A stretch of 57,197 bases of DNA from positions 6,241 to 63,437 of the forward strand of contig MQRK01193085.1 of the NCBI GenBank assembly GCA_001938485.1. The letters are read 5' to 3'. A model generated the notes under the pieces. It was not told the DNA's origin. It saw nothing but the letters and a program-made list of their open reading frames with translations, and ran no database searches. Positions 1-11,633 of the stretch are shown piece after piece. Made by a program: the position numbers and the translations under genes. Every line of letters begins with the position of its first letter. Position 1 is the stretch's first letter. This stretch comes from Girardia tigrina. Its lineage: Eukaryota.

Positions 1-456
1 ATTGTATTGTCATCGGAAGCAAGCCTGTATAAAACTTCATTCATGAAAATAAACGAAAAGATTGCTATTTAATACAGTGTATAAATTTGTAGATAACCGT
101 AAGTGGTTTTTTGCAAAAATAAATTAGAAAAAATTATTATTTTTCAAAATATTTTTTATCAAATTGTATTGTCATCGGAAGCAAGCCTGTATAAAATATT
201 TCAGCTCAATTGGATGACTGAAAGTGGTCGAAAAATCAATCGCAAGATTTGTTCCAGACAAGCAGACAAGAAAGCTTAAAATATTTTTTTCTGTAAGGAG
301 TTAATACAGCGATAATTTTTAAACAAAGTTGAAAAATAACCCTAACAAACTTAATGTAACAATATATAATATTATTAATAAAAAAATTTTTTATAAAAAC
401 AACCACGTTTTTCAAGTATTACCAGACAAACAGACAAGCTAAGTAAAACGTGGTAA
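1..456. mobile_element. Helitron/Helentron-like non-autonomous repeat remnants
   Basis: 34-bp direct repeat ATTGTATTGTCATCGGAAGCAAGCCTGTATAAAA at 1-34 and 163-196. CAGACAA(A/G)CAGACAAG repeats at ~255 and ~423. Inverted pair ACCACGTTTT (402-411) / AAAACGTGGT (445-454). The texture resembles Helentron-associated elements; family is inferred. Confidence 0.35.
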
Positions 457-694
457 TATATGAAAAATTATTTTGTTAAAACCTTTCTTAGAAATTGATT
501 ATTATACATATTTCAGAACTCATTTTTCAATATAACAATAATGTTGTGATTTTTCTGTTTGTTTGTGTACATGTTGATCATCAATCCTTTTTTAAAAATA
601 TTTAAACAATGGTCTTCTATTTTAAAACAAGGAAGAATAAATCGAAAAGATATACTGAATAGTAAGCTAATCTGGTTTATAAATTTATTTGTAA

Positions 695-3250
695 CTGGTG
701 TAAAATATTGTAAATGGTGAGAGGGATCCTTGTTACTCTCCTCACTGTGATGGATCAGGGGAAACTAGATAGATCCGTCTCTAGTAAAGGTGGTAACGAA
801 ACTTATAGGGCTAAGAATACTGCCTGTGGATGTTAAGAACGCTCTGAAAATCCAAACAAGGATCTGAAAGATCGCGAAGTAATTAAGCTCCCGATCGGTT
901 TAGGTGATACAGACCAAACGCAGAGGACTAAATGACGAGAAAATGCTATCTATAAATGAAGCTCTAAAAAGAACAAAAACAAAGACGTGTACCCAGACCT
1001 ATACACACTGATGGGGCAATGAAACTATTGAATACGACTGATGGCGAATTCTACACAGGGGCACTACAATTGGACTTGTAGGCAGCGGAGCACGAAACAA
1101 TGCAAAAGGAGTTGTAGTTATCTACGCCACTGGAGTCAAGACATCGGAGAATGGGGAGCTCCTGGCCGAGATGGCGATATCATGTGGACTGTGTATTTAA
1201 AACACTTTTTACAGGAAAGAAGGTAGCCAGAGAACAAACTGAACTCCCCATCAACATCTGGAAGGTTATTACTATATCTCTTTCTTATTGAAAGAAATAA
1301 AGCTAAAAGCTACACAGACATTAAAAGCTACTCACGATTTGACTGAGGTTCTGATCACAATCTGGAAGTTAAAACTGCCAGAGTATCAAAAAAAGGAAGA
1401 AGACTGAACATGCTAATAAATAAAAGAAACATGTGTAAATACAAAATTCCGAATCGAGATGCTATCATGAAGAAAAGAATTGATAATTGAAACATTTCCT
1501 CATGCTTAATTTTCAGGTACCAATTGGAAGTATACCAATCATACGATCAGCAATATGGTCCGAGGAGCAGGCAAAGGATCGAAACAAACTCCTTCGAATC
1601 AAAAATGAGTACATTGCAACCAATAAGACCTAAAGATACTCATTGGTAAAAAAAGGGTTTGTGATGAATAGAAACAACGACACTTTTTCTAGGTGAAAAT
1701 CCAGCAAAACACGTCTGCGAGAGAGTATCAGAAGATAGAAACGTAAAAGAGTTGAGGCTCAAGACGAGAAAATCGAGAAGACGGAGAATAAAAACTGAAG
1801 GATCTTATGACGGAACTACGTATCCTTTATAAATCACAATTGAAGGATAAAACGCTACGTACTCCCTTAAACCCTATTGGGAACAAGGAGCTGACCAACC
1901 ACTTCAATAATATTTTTAGAGCCCCCTAGGAGCAGAAAAAAATAGACTGATGTCGCTTGTGACACTCTGAATCTCGATGATTTGGAATCTCCTCCAATAC
2001 CAGAGGAAATAGCAGAAGCAGTTAAGCAGCTAAAGAGTAGGACAGTCAAGGGATCTGATCGATTGATCCCTGAAATATATAAGTGCGGTGTGAAAATACT
2101 AACCCTAATGGATGAATGATATAGGAAGACATGGAATGGACAAAAGACATTTCCACCAAGTTGGAGATAGGCCAAAGTGGTGATTCTCTTCAAATCGAAA
2201 GGTTCTCAAAAAGATATAAATAACTACCGAGGTACTTTTATTTTATATGTAAGAGGAAAGATTCTAGCTAGAATCATTGGGAACCAAATCACTTCGATCA
2301 CTAAAGTGACGATGGATAAGTGGCAGTATGAATTCCGGACAGGAAGATGAACTCAGTTGGCTATAAGTATTTTAAGAAAATTTCAAGAGAAAGTTCAAAT
2401 TAAGGAGATCAATATGTATGTCATCTTTAGTGACATAGAGAAAGCATTCGATAGTGTCCCGGGAGTCTCTCTAGATTTGTTAGAGTCTAGAGATAAAGGA
2501 GAAATGTTAGAGATCATTAAAGCTTTTCATAATGGATTTGAAGGTTCTATAGGAGATGAAACCTTGCATCAAGGTTGTGTTTTAGGGCCGCTCATGTTCA
2601 ATATTGTATTTGACACGGTGGTGAAAAGATCAATAATTAACGATTTCTCTGCAGGATTGATGATGAAAAATAAATATGGAAGTTTCCTTGAGATCAACAG
2701 ACTAGCCTATGTTGACAACCTTTAAATCATCAACACAAAATGGAACAACCTGATAAATAATTTAATTATTTTATATGCATCTTTTTTAGATTTCGGTCTC
2801 AAAAATAGCATCAGCAAAACCAAAGTATTGAACCTAAACGGAGATTTTCAGGTTCCTTACTTCTGGGCACCAGTTTGAGGCCGGTATTGAGTGGGTCTCT
2901 AGCTTAAGTTACCTAGGATCTACGATCTCTTCAGTCGAAGATGTGGATGGGGAAGTGAAAAAAACATCAAGAAAGGAACCGAAACTATTCAACCCCGTAG
3001 GAGGAATATCAGGGGATGCTATTGAACGTTTAGTTTAGGGTGACCTTCTAAAGAGTCTAGACGCGATATACCATTCGGAAGAGATAGAAAGTCCACATTA
3101 AAGAAAATATTAGTCATCCCAAAGCACATATTTCCAAAGTGAGTATTCCCAATCGAGTCGATCAACCAAGGTTTTTAGCAAAAATATAATCTCTGCTGTT
3201 TCAAAGGACGAGTTTTCTGTTTTACAGAAGACTTTGATTCAAATTATGAG
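695..3250 (+). mobile_element. Degenerate RTE-like non-LTR retrotransposon (APE endonuclease + RT pseudogene)
   Basis: Broken frames give APE motifs (W..RTL near 825-845; GSDHN near 1347). RT motifs follow: KGSQKDINNYRG, GKILARII, FSDIEKAFDSV, QGCVLGPLMFN and LAYVDNL (degenerate YADD), the last three in ORF 2357-2725. Many stops and frameshifts. Confidence 0.85.
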
Positions 3251-4166
3251 AGACAATTTTGTAAATCATTATAGATAAGATACTACAACCCAATAATTAA
3301 TATTTAAAATGGAAAAAGTATAGCCATCTCAATTCCTAAACTTTTTGATTAAAAAATAATAAAAATGTCATTGATATTCAATAAAATTCTAAAACAATAA
3401 TATTTACTGATATAATATCCCATTAAATAACATTTTATTACTTTATACTACATTATAAGTACTGATAATTGAAAAAGAATTTGCAAACATGTTTAATAAT
3501 CAATTTCTTAAAAAAGCTTTGACGAAATTATTTTAAAAATATCAAATAATTATGCATATTAGAAAATTACATAAAAATAAAAGATTTCTACCACGACTTT
3601 ACCGTTCAGAATTTAAGATCAAGAAATTCAAAATCACACAACTTAAAATAAAAAATAATTTATAATTTTTGGAAAATCTATATCTTTTCCGTGCCAAAAG
3701 ATTAACTTTGCCATTTTTACAACGATAATGCTCTTGTTAATTAAAAGCAATTAAAATTACTTAAAAGGAAATTATCATACTTTCCAGTTTAGGAAGTCAA
3801 AACAACATAATGTTTCACAGTAGACAATTTCTAGTTAGATTAAAAATCGAAGGATTTTAATGAATTATTATTTTATTAAAATTTCTTTTTTCTAGCTGAT
3901 ATTTAAATTTTAGCAATTTTATGATGATTTTCAAAAATATTTTATAAAAAAATTAATAATATATTATCAAGTTTAAATACTTAATAATAAAGTCAATTAC
4001 AAGTTTCTTTCCAAATATATGTACAATTAATACAAGATAGAAAAAAATATTCCAAAAATGACAAAAATTTAAAATACATTAAAAAAAATTTTTTTGAGGT
4101 AAAATGTTTCAGGCAAAAAAATTTACTCAAGAATGTTAAAACATTCTATATGTGGTTTATACTTAT

Positions 4167-4171
<5 letters not shown>

Positions 4172-4213
<42 letters not shown>

Positions 4214-4263
4214 NNNNNNNNNNNNNNNNNNNNNNNNNNNNNNNNNNNNNNNNNNNNNNNNNN

Positions 4264-4305
<42 letters not shown>
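4172..4305. repeat. (AT)n microsatellite spanning an assembly gap
   Basis: Direct reading; N-run in the middle. Confidence 0.95.
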
Positions 4306-4308
<3 letters not shown>

Positions 4309-4400
4309 CATGGCTCTTTATCAAATATTATTTACATAAAGAGGTATTTAAATTAGTTCTCTGAACAAAATTTAAATTGTTTTAAAAATTATTTTAAACT

Positions 4401-4907
4401 TAAATCAAATTGAAAATTTTAAAAATTAAGTAGAATGATAATTAAATATTTTGCTTTGAATTTAAAAATATTCTTTATAAATTAATTTGATTTAAAATAT
4501 TAGCTTATTAAAAAATATATGGATTAAAAACAAATAACAGATAAAATAGTATTTTAATAATAATAATTTATTTGAATTTTATTAAAATTTTTTATTAAAA
4601 TCTGTAAATTTATTTTCAAATTTTAAAATCAATTGAGGATATGATTAAAAAGTTAAATATTTAAAAATATTGAATATTAAATATACGTAAATTAATAGTT
4701 TTCTTAAATATTTTATAAAAGTTTTGAAATTAAATATTATTTTGATTTGGTTTACAATAAATTGAAAATTATTAAAAAAATAGAGATCGACGGATTGATT
4801 ACAAATTTAGGAAAAAGTTGAAATTTTTGTTTGAATAATTATTATTAATAAATTATAAATTGTGTTAAAATGACTTCTGATATTGACGTTACAAATACTT
4901 CTCACAG
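4401..4907 (+). repeat. AT-rich dispersed repeat, copy 1 (copy 2 at ~27109-27562)
   Basis: Shared collinear blocks, e.g. AAATCAAATTGAAAATTTTAAAAA, TAGAGATCG(A/G)CGGATTGATTA and ACGTTAC(A/G)AATACTTCTCACAG. Confidence 0.85.
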
Positions 4908-5147
4908 ATTATGAATATCTCTTAAAAATAAAACGTAAATATGTTGTTTCGGAATTTAAATTAAAAATTATATATTTTTATATTTTTGAAAAATAATTTT
5001 GTTAATGGTTTTTAAAGAAATTAAAAAATTATAGAAATTTTATGACAAAAATATTTGATTGCTAATACTTTAAAATTTAACTTTTGATAATAATTAATTG
5101 AGCCAAAAACAAGAATAAAATGAAAATCAGTTTGAATAATATTTTTA

Positions 5148-5215
5148 AATGGGTCTAGCACGAACACAAATCTCCAAGCTTCAATTTTGGCACTGCAACT
5201 CTACCACTTTCTCCG
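5148..5215. repeat. Short dispersed repeat, copy 1 (copy 2 at ~19253-19325)
   Basis: AATGGGTCTAGCACGAACAC-AAATCTCCAAGCTTCAA...GCAACTCTACCACTT versus AATGGGCCTAGCGTGAACACTAAATCTTTGAGCTTCAA...GCAACTCTAACACTT. Confidence 0.65.
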
Positions 5216-6584
5216 TCCGGTCCTCGGGGCAACCTGGAGATTATGCGGAACATATATTCTGATAAAATAAAAAATAATAGCTTGGTTTAAAAAATATTTA
5301 ATTTGTATCAAATATTTATTATTTGTAAAATAACCCAAAAATTAATTTGCAGAAATAAACTTTTTAGAATTGCATTGTTTTAATTCAAAAAAATGAAATG
5401 TTTTATTTATGCAAATATTTTTTCATAAATAAATTAAATTTTAATAAATCATATTTTTCATGGAAATTAAATAATTTATAATAATAGATAAAATTATTAA
5501 TTTATATTAATTATATTTGTTTAAATCTGCCTTTAAAATTAATTCGAGGGATTTTTAGTTGAAAGAAAATTGCAGAATATTTAAGTTTTATTTATATATA
5601 AAAAACTTGCATGAAAAACTTTATTAATATAAATGCTTGTGTAACATCATATTAATTTTAAAATATCAAGGAATTCATTAAAATTTCAGTGATGTGGAGA
5701 TATAACTGAAGACACTTTTTTTTTGAAATTGAGAACCGATTGTACAGCAAAAGTTTATTTTGTAAAAAAAATAATTCCCATAGGTTTCAACTTGAAAATT
5801 GTAGAAACATTTCAAAATATGTATTCGTGAACACTCACAGTCAAGTAGATCAAGTAAAAATGTAAATCACTGCAAATGTTGCGAAAAAATCCTCAAAAAT
5901 TTCAAAAAATAAGTGTATCAAAATTAAGACAACTTATTTTATATTCCATGAAATCTTTTATAACTCGACATTTTCTCTTCACATCAAATCGTTATCTCAT
6001 CCGAATCTTAATTTACTTTTTATGATTGAAAGTGTGATAAATTGTTTTTGCTTGATTACAATGACATGTATATGTGCAATGATATCCCCCCTTAGGCAAA
6101 TGAAAAAGTAGTTTGCATAAATAAATAAAATAAAATTAAGTTAAAAATTTGTACAAATTGAGAAATTGTATGTTCCGTTTTTTTATTAATCTATAAAATT
6201 TTGTAAAAATTATTTTAATAATCCTTTAAAACAATAATAATTTCTATTTCGTAGTTTTAACTAACAATAAAAAATAAAATTCAAAATTCAAATTTATTAG
6301 ATTGAACATATTTTTGTGGTAATAATATAAAAAGATAAAAAAACATTTATTTTTGTTAATCTTTTATCAAGAAATTTAAAAAATATTTTTGAATATGAAT
6401 ACTTAAGAACAAAATAATAAAAAATTTACTATCAATGTCTTTCTTAACAGTTTTTATGCTTATAATAAAAATATATTTATCAAATAAAACTAAAAATTCT
6501 CGATTTCCGTACATTGTCAGGATTCAATTTCCTATCTTTTTTACTATTAAAAACAAATAAACGCCATTTAAAAATATATTTTAG

Positions 6585-6623
6585 GATAATATATTTCGAC
6601 GGTTTAACCATCATCATCAGATC
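6585..6623 (-). ncRNA. Minimal type I hammerhead ribozyme (PLE-associated)
   Basis: Minus strand: GAT-CTGATGA-T-GATGGT-TAA-ACCGTC-GAAA-TATA-TT-ATC. This gives the CUGAnGA and GAAA core, stem II, a short palindromic stem III and stem I GAT/ATC. Confidence 0.7.
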
Positions 6624-6807
6624 ACTGATTATGTTCTTTTTTATTGCTTTTATAGGAGAAATGAATGATTATGCAATCACTTATGTAAGTCTAATCGAAA
6701 ACTCTTAACAAATTAGTTGACAGTGCTGTTTGAACATTGATTTTAGGATCACATGATCTTATCAACAATGCTTCACATGACACTCTCTCCCAATAATTTT
6801 TAAAATG
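6585..6807 (-). mobile_element. Penelope-like element 3' fragment (GIY-YIG C-terminus + hammerhead)
   Basis: FKIIGREC.../EALLIRSCDPKINVQ tail typical of the PLE GIY-YIG domain; homologous to 33511-34580. Confidence 0.75.
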
Positions 6808-7015
6808 CNNNNNNNNNNNNNNNNNNNNNNNNNNNNNNNNNNNNNNNNNNNNNNNNNNNNNNNNNNNNNNNNNNNNNNNNNNNNNNNNNNNNNNNNNNNN
6901 NNNNNNNNNNNNNNNNNNNNNNNNNNNNNNNNNNNNNNNNNNNNNNNNNNNNNNNNNNNNNNNNNNNNNNNNNNNNNNNNNNNNNNNNNNNNNNNNNNNN
7001 NNNNNNNNNNNNNNN

Positions 7016-7720
7016 GCAAAACATATTCTCAACTTTAAATGATTGAGAAATAATTTTTAAATTTAAAATGTTATTTGTTGATTTCAAGATCGAATTCTTG
7101 AGGTGTTTAAAACCCTCGGAGTAAGGTAAGCTTACCTTACTCCGAGGGTTTTAAACACCTCAAGAATTCGGTAAGGTAAGCTTACTTACTAAGGTAAGCT
7201 TAGTAAGGTAAGCTTACCTTACTAAGCTGGGTTTTAAACACCTCAAGACTTTTGCAATATATTGAAACTTATTAACAATATCATGACCATAATTATGGGT
7301 AAACGTAATAATAATAGTAAGGAATTAAATGACATATTTACTTAAGTTTTAATTCTTCTAGAAAAGTTTGAAATTTCAGTAGAAATTCCACACATAGCAA
7401 TAATTCAAAAATATAGAACAAATGTTCCACATCTTTCCCCAGAAGAATTCTGCTGGAGATCTATTTATATTCATATGCTTGATGCTGTAATAACTGATTT
7501 AGAAACAATATTTCCTGAAGATTCATTTAATTCATGAGAATTATCATGTCTTCTGTCAAAAAAAATATAATACACATTAATAAAGATGTAATAATGAAGG
7601 TAAATCATTTGTACAAAACTTATGATTCATGAATAACAAGCGGTGAGTAATATATTAAACAATTATTTCTTGCATTAAATAAATCTATGGAAATAAAAAT
7701 GGATATCTTTGAAAGACTTA
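7016..7720 (+). mobile_element. hAT transposase remnant (P52rIPK/THAP12-like)
   Basis: Translation around 7365-7520, EISVEIPHIAIIQKYRTNVPHLSPEEFCWRSIYIHMLDAVITDLETIFPE, matches the conserved hAT segment; heavily decayed. Confidence 0.55.
7091..7170. repeat. Perfect 80-bp spacerless palindrome followed by shuffled sub-repeats
   Basis: Arm 7091-7130 (CGAATTCTTGAGGTGTTTAAAACCCTCGGAGTAAGGTAAG) is the exact reverse complement of 7131-7170. TAAGGTAAGCTTA is reiterated to ~7225, and GGGTTTTAAACACCTCAAGA recurs at ~7229-7248. Confidence 0.95.
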
Positions 7721-8192
7721 AATATTCAAGACAGAGTGAAAAAACCCTAAAAACTGTGATTAGAGTGTTCAATGACGAATTCGATTTTTTCTACTAAAAC
7801 GATTTAACTGTTGGTAATAAGGGAGAGCTCAAAGTAATTGTTCAAGATGGAAATTGAAGGTAAAATTTGGAATTGGAATTGTTAATTCCAATTTCAATAA
7901 ATTATATATATTTATATTTATTTAAAGATTATTATAAATTATTACTAAAATTATTACTTAAATTACTTTTGATATATTAAGAAAAGAAAAAATGTAAAAA
8001 AAGAAAGGAAAGCCTCATAAAATTTTAATGTAATTTGTTTTAATGTTTTAGTTATTATTAAAATTTCATAACTAATAAAGATTAAGAAATATTGATTTTT
8101 TAATGATAATATTATATTATCTAGAATTGATTATGGCATTTTTAATAATAATGAAAAGAAAGGCCATTTTTTAAAATTAAATTTATTCCCAA

Positions 8193-8229
8193 TACAGACG
8201 CGTTTCACCATTTCTGCATCTTCAGTGCA
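8193..8229 (-). ncRNA. Hammerhead ribozyme (PLE), left-arm copy
   Basis: TGCA-CTGAAGA-TGCAGAAATGGT-GAAA-CGCG-TC-TGTA; one stem II mismatch relative to the right-arm copy. Confidence 0.6.
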
Positions 8230-8783
8230 ATGAAATAAAGTGATTAATTGCTATTTATATAGTTGAAAAACTATTACATCATACGTCTCAAAAACATGCT
8301 TTTTTTNNNNNNNNNNNNNNNNNNNNNNNNNNNNNNNNNNNNNNNNNNNNNNNNNNNNNNNNNNNNNNNNNNNNNNNNNNNNNNNNNNGTTTAAGCATGG
8401 TTTATGATGCTTTATTAACAATGCTTCGGCAATAATCCTTTCATAATTTGTGTCAAAATTATTTAAAATCACTTTAAAATCATTATTGTAATCAATAAGA
8501 TTACCTTTACAATAATGATTTTAAAGTGATTTTAAATAATTTTGACACAAATTATGAAAGGATTATTGCCGAAGCATTGTTAATAAAGCATCATAAACCA
8601 TGCTTAAACGTGCAAGGTGATTCATNNNNNNNNNNNNNNNNNNNNNNNNNNNNNNNNNNNNNNNNNNNNNNNNNNNNNNNNNNNNNNNNNNNNNNNNNNN
8701 NNNNNNNNNNNNNNNNNNNNNNNNNNNNNNNNNNNNNNNNNNNNNNNCAACTATATAAATAGCAATTAATCACTTTATTTCAT

Positions 8784-8820
8784 TGCACTGAAGATGCCGA
8801 AATGGTGAAACGCGTCTGTA
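8784..8820 (+). ncRNA. Hammerhead ribozyme (PLE), right-arm copy
   Basis: TGCA-CTGAAGA-T-GCC-GAAAT-GGT-GAAA-CGCG-TC-TGTA: intact core, GUC cleavage triplet and palindromic stem III. Confidence 0.75.
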
Positions 8821-8900
8821 TTGGGAATAAATTTAATTTTAAAAAATGGCCTTTCTTTTCATTATAATATTATAAAGCGGCGAATAAACTGACGAAAGAG

Positions 8901-9191
8901 ATGCCCTTTTATCCAGATTGGAACTATCGAGATGAAAATATTCATTATCTGGACATTGTGACAATAAATGTCGGTGGTCATATATTTCAAATTTTTGAAG
9001 ATGTCTTATCATCGGTACCTCATACAAAACTCGCTTTATGTCTCATAGATCACAACAATGTGGGAGTTCCATTTTTTGACTGTGATTATGTCTGGTTTTC
9101 AGCTGTTCTTAATTTTTATGGAACAGGTAGACTTCATGTTCCACCCAATACCTGTCTTACATTTTTTGAGGAAGAGTTTGAATTTTGGGGC
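8901..9191 (+). pseudogene. Voltage-gated K+ channel T1/BTB tetramerisation domain fragment, Shaw/Kv3-like
   Basis: VTINVGG...TKL...FFD....FSAVLNFYGTGRLHVPPNTCLTFFEEEFEFWG. The H-x5-C half of the T1 Zn motif is present. Homology stops after FWG; the ORF runs on in unrelated sequence to 9314, and no CC or S1-S6 is found downstream. Confidence 0.8.
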
Positions 9192-11323
9192 GGGTTCCTA
9201 TGGGTCCGAACGTTAATACTTGGCCCCGCTGGAGATTTTTTGTTGGGAAAGAAACGGATCAACAAAAGTAATTTTAAAGTTTTTCCAGTAATATCAATGA
9301 TAAGGGAGCAATGATAATTTAGTTTTTTAATGAAAATGTACATTTAATGTTACAAAAGTTTATAATTCGCGTAAAAAGAATTTCATTCATTTAGTTTTTG
9401 CAAGTTTTTTTTTAAATTCATGTAGCCTTCTTTATAAAAATTGTTCAGAAAGGAACAAAGGAATTCTTATTTTTTAGATGGTAAAAATTTCCTATTTTTG
9501 TGATTTCTTTCGAATTGTATACCTTTGAACACTTTACAAAGCTTTTTAAAATAATTAACATTGTAGATAATAATTAAAATATCACCTTACAAAAACTTAT
9601 CTTCTTTATCGATATTTTTTTAAAAGAGATTATCTGTTTAAATGATTAAACTGTTTAAGGTTTTTGTTTAAATAATCTGAAAAACTTTTAAAAAGCGTGT
9701 TTTTAAAATAAACAAAATCAATGTTCTTAACCTCATTTTCTAAAGAAGAATTTTAATTATATGTGGATTCAATAGATGATGAAACTTAAATCTATCTTTT
9801 TCTTTTGAATTATATGCTTAGATCCAAATTTTAACGAATTTCATTCATAATCAGATCAAATTATTTTACTTACATTTAAAATGTATTTTCAATGATAAAA
9901 TTACAAATCTGAAATAATTTTCCTAAATTATTAAGCTTTTTATTTTATGCAGTAATCTTATGATAAATTGCCAGAAAAATTATTTGTAAAAGCACTACAT
10001 TATTGATAGCAATGATCATCACTCATATTTCTAAGATCAGTTAAAAAACTATTAAATATTCTTTAATCTAATGAATTCTTTTTTCTCTATCATTCTTTTC
10101 AAAATTTTCATATGAATTTTTTTTAATATTTTAAAAAAATAGACAGTTGTATAATTTTGATTTGAAGATGACGAATCGTATCTTCTTATCACCATTACAC
10201 GTTTCAAGAAAACGGAGTCTGCTTCTTTTCTTTTCAGAGAATTTTCCAACTTAAAATAGCTGTAGAAAGCCTGTATTGGATTATAATAATTATTCGTAAT
10301 ATACATATTTTTAATTATTAAATTAATATTCATTAAGTAAAATATTTATTGTATCTCTACATCTCCATCAGATTCGTCAGTAATCGAATCTACATGTATG
10401 ACATAGTCTTCTAAATACTTTTGATTTTCTCTGAATGTATTCTATGATTTTTCGGTTCATCAATTTTTGAAGAAACATTGGCAAGATTTCGATTAATTGT
10501 CTCTTGCTTTAGCTAAACTCTTCTTGGTCGTAAATCGTTCGCATCTCCAAGGTATCGTAAACTACCACAATTAACTAAATATTTGCAATAAAAAACCTTC
10601 CTTGTAACTAAGTCATTTAAGCATTGTTGGTTGCAGCATGTAATTAGAATCAGTGTAACCCAGACAAATTGAAAATAGCAATATATTATTCATTTATCTT
10701 TAACATAAATATAATTTCTAACCACAGTCAATTTACGTCAGTACCACTAATACTTGTATATCCTCCAAGTCAGTTTTTCTTTATTTACTTCTGGTGTATC
10801 ATGACACCCCTATAAAGCTTCTTCTATTGTTATATTTGATCGAGATACGATTATATTAATGTTTTTTTACAATACCTTTACCACTTGGTCGGTTGCTGGT
10901 ACGATAAATATAATAAAACAATAAATTTATCATGTATAACGAAATTATTTTATAGAAATTAAATTAAGAGTAAGTTAGGTATTTTCTAACAAAAGAAGTA
11001 AATATCAGATTTAAATTTAAAATAGTGAAAGTTTAATAAATTTATAAAAAAAGTAAAAGTTTTATTTCAATGAAAATTAAATAATTGAATTTTGGCAATA
11101 TGAATAAATTGGATTAACGAGAAGTAAATAGTTTAAATTTGTGTGTTATTTTCATTAATAAATTTTTTTATGAAATTACAAATTCTATTCTTGAATCAAA
11201 CATTATCGAAAATAATGTCAATACAACTAGCAGTTGATAAATCTATAATTTCACTACATATGTTGTAGCTTCAGAGAACAGGTGAATTTAAAATGGGGGA
11301 CATGAAAAATATCACAAATAACT

Positions 11324-11384
11324 TTAGGGTTAGGGTTATGGTTAAGGTTAGGGTTAGAGCTAGGGTTTAGGATTAGGGTTAGGG
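11324..11384 (+). repeat. Degenerate interstitial (TTAGGG)n, ~10 units
   Basis: TTAGGG TTAGGG TTATGG TTAAGG TTAGGG TTAGAG CTAGGG TTTAGGA TTAGGG TTAGGG. Confidence 0.85.
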
Positions 11385-11567
11385 GGATGGTACTGAAACA
11401 TAGAATCTACATTTAAATTAAATGACTTTCAGATAATAAGAATTGAAATATTAATCATCAATCTGGGTAGGAGAGACACAATCCAAACATCCTAATTAAT
11501 ATTTACATTTTAAACATTTCAAATATATCGCAATAATTTCATTTGTAATTGTTGGCAATTGTTATAT

Positions 11568-11633
11568 TTTGTTCTAGTGATGTTTTTTCCTAGTGATGTT
11601 TTGTCCTGCGATGGGAACTTTTTGACCTAGAAC
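11568..11633. mobile_element. Possible MULE-like terminal repeat end
   Basis: Tandem CTAGTGATGTTTT(T/G)TCC units ending in GACCTAGAACC; resembles the tandem-repeat TIRs of MULE-type elements (inference). Confidence 0.3.

Larger units (their letters stand above)
8148..8865. mobile_element. Penelope-like element 3' end as a fold-back inverted duplication
   Basis: The identical ORF start ILNNFDTNYERIIAEALLIKHHKPCLN occurs on both strands (8251-8472 minus, 8526-8762 plus). Arms 8148-8491 and 8507-8865 flank a ~15-bp spacer; both arms contain gaps. Confidence 0.85.

Noticed and set aside
714-790. Possible HDV-like ribozyme in the LINE 5' region
   Set aside because: Only a P1-like pairing (GGTGAG/CTCACT) is visible; I could not assemble the nested pseudoknot.
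4123-4364. IYIYIY ORFs and X-filled ORFs (also 6691-7087, 8591-8773, 14755-14955)
   Set aside because: Artefacts of (AT)n repeats and N gaps.
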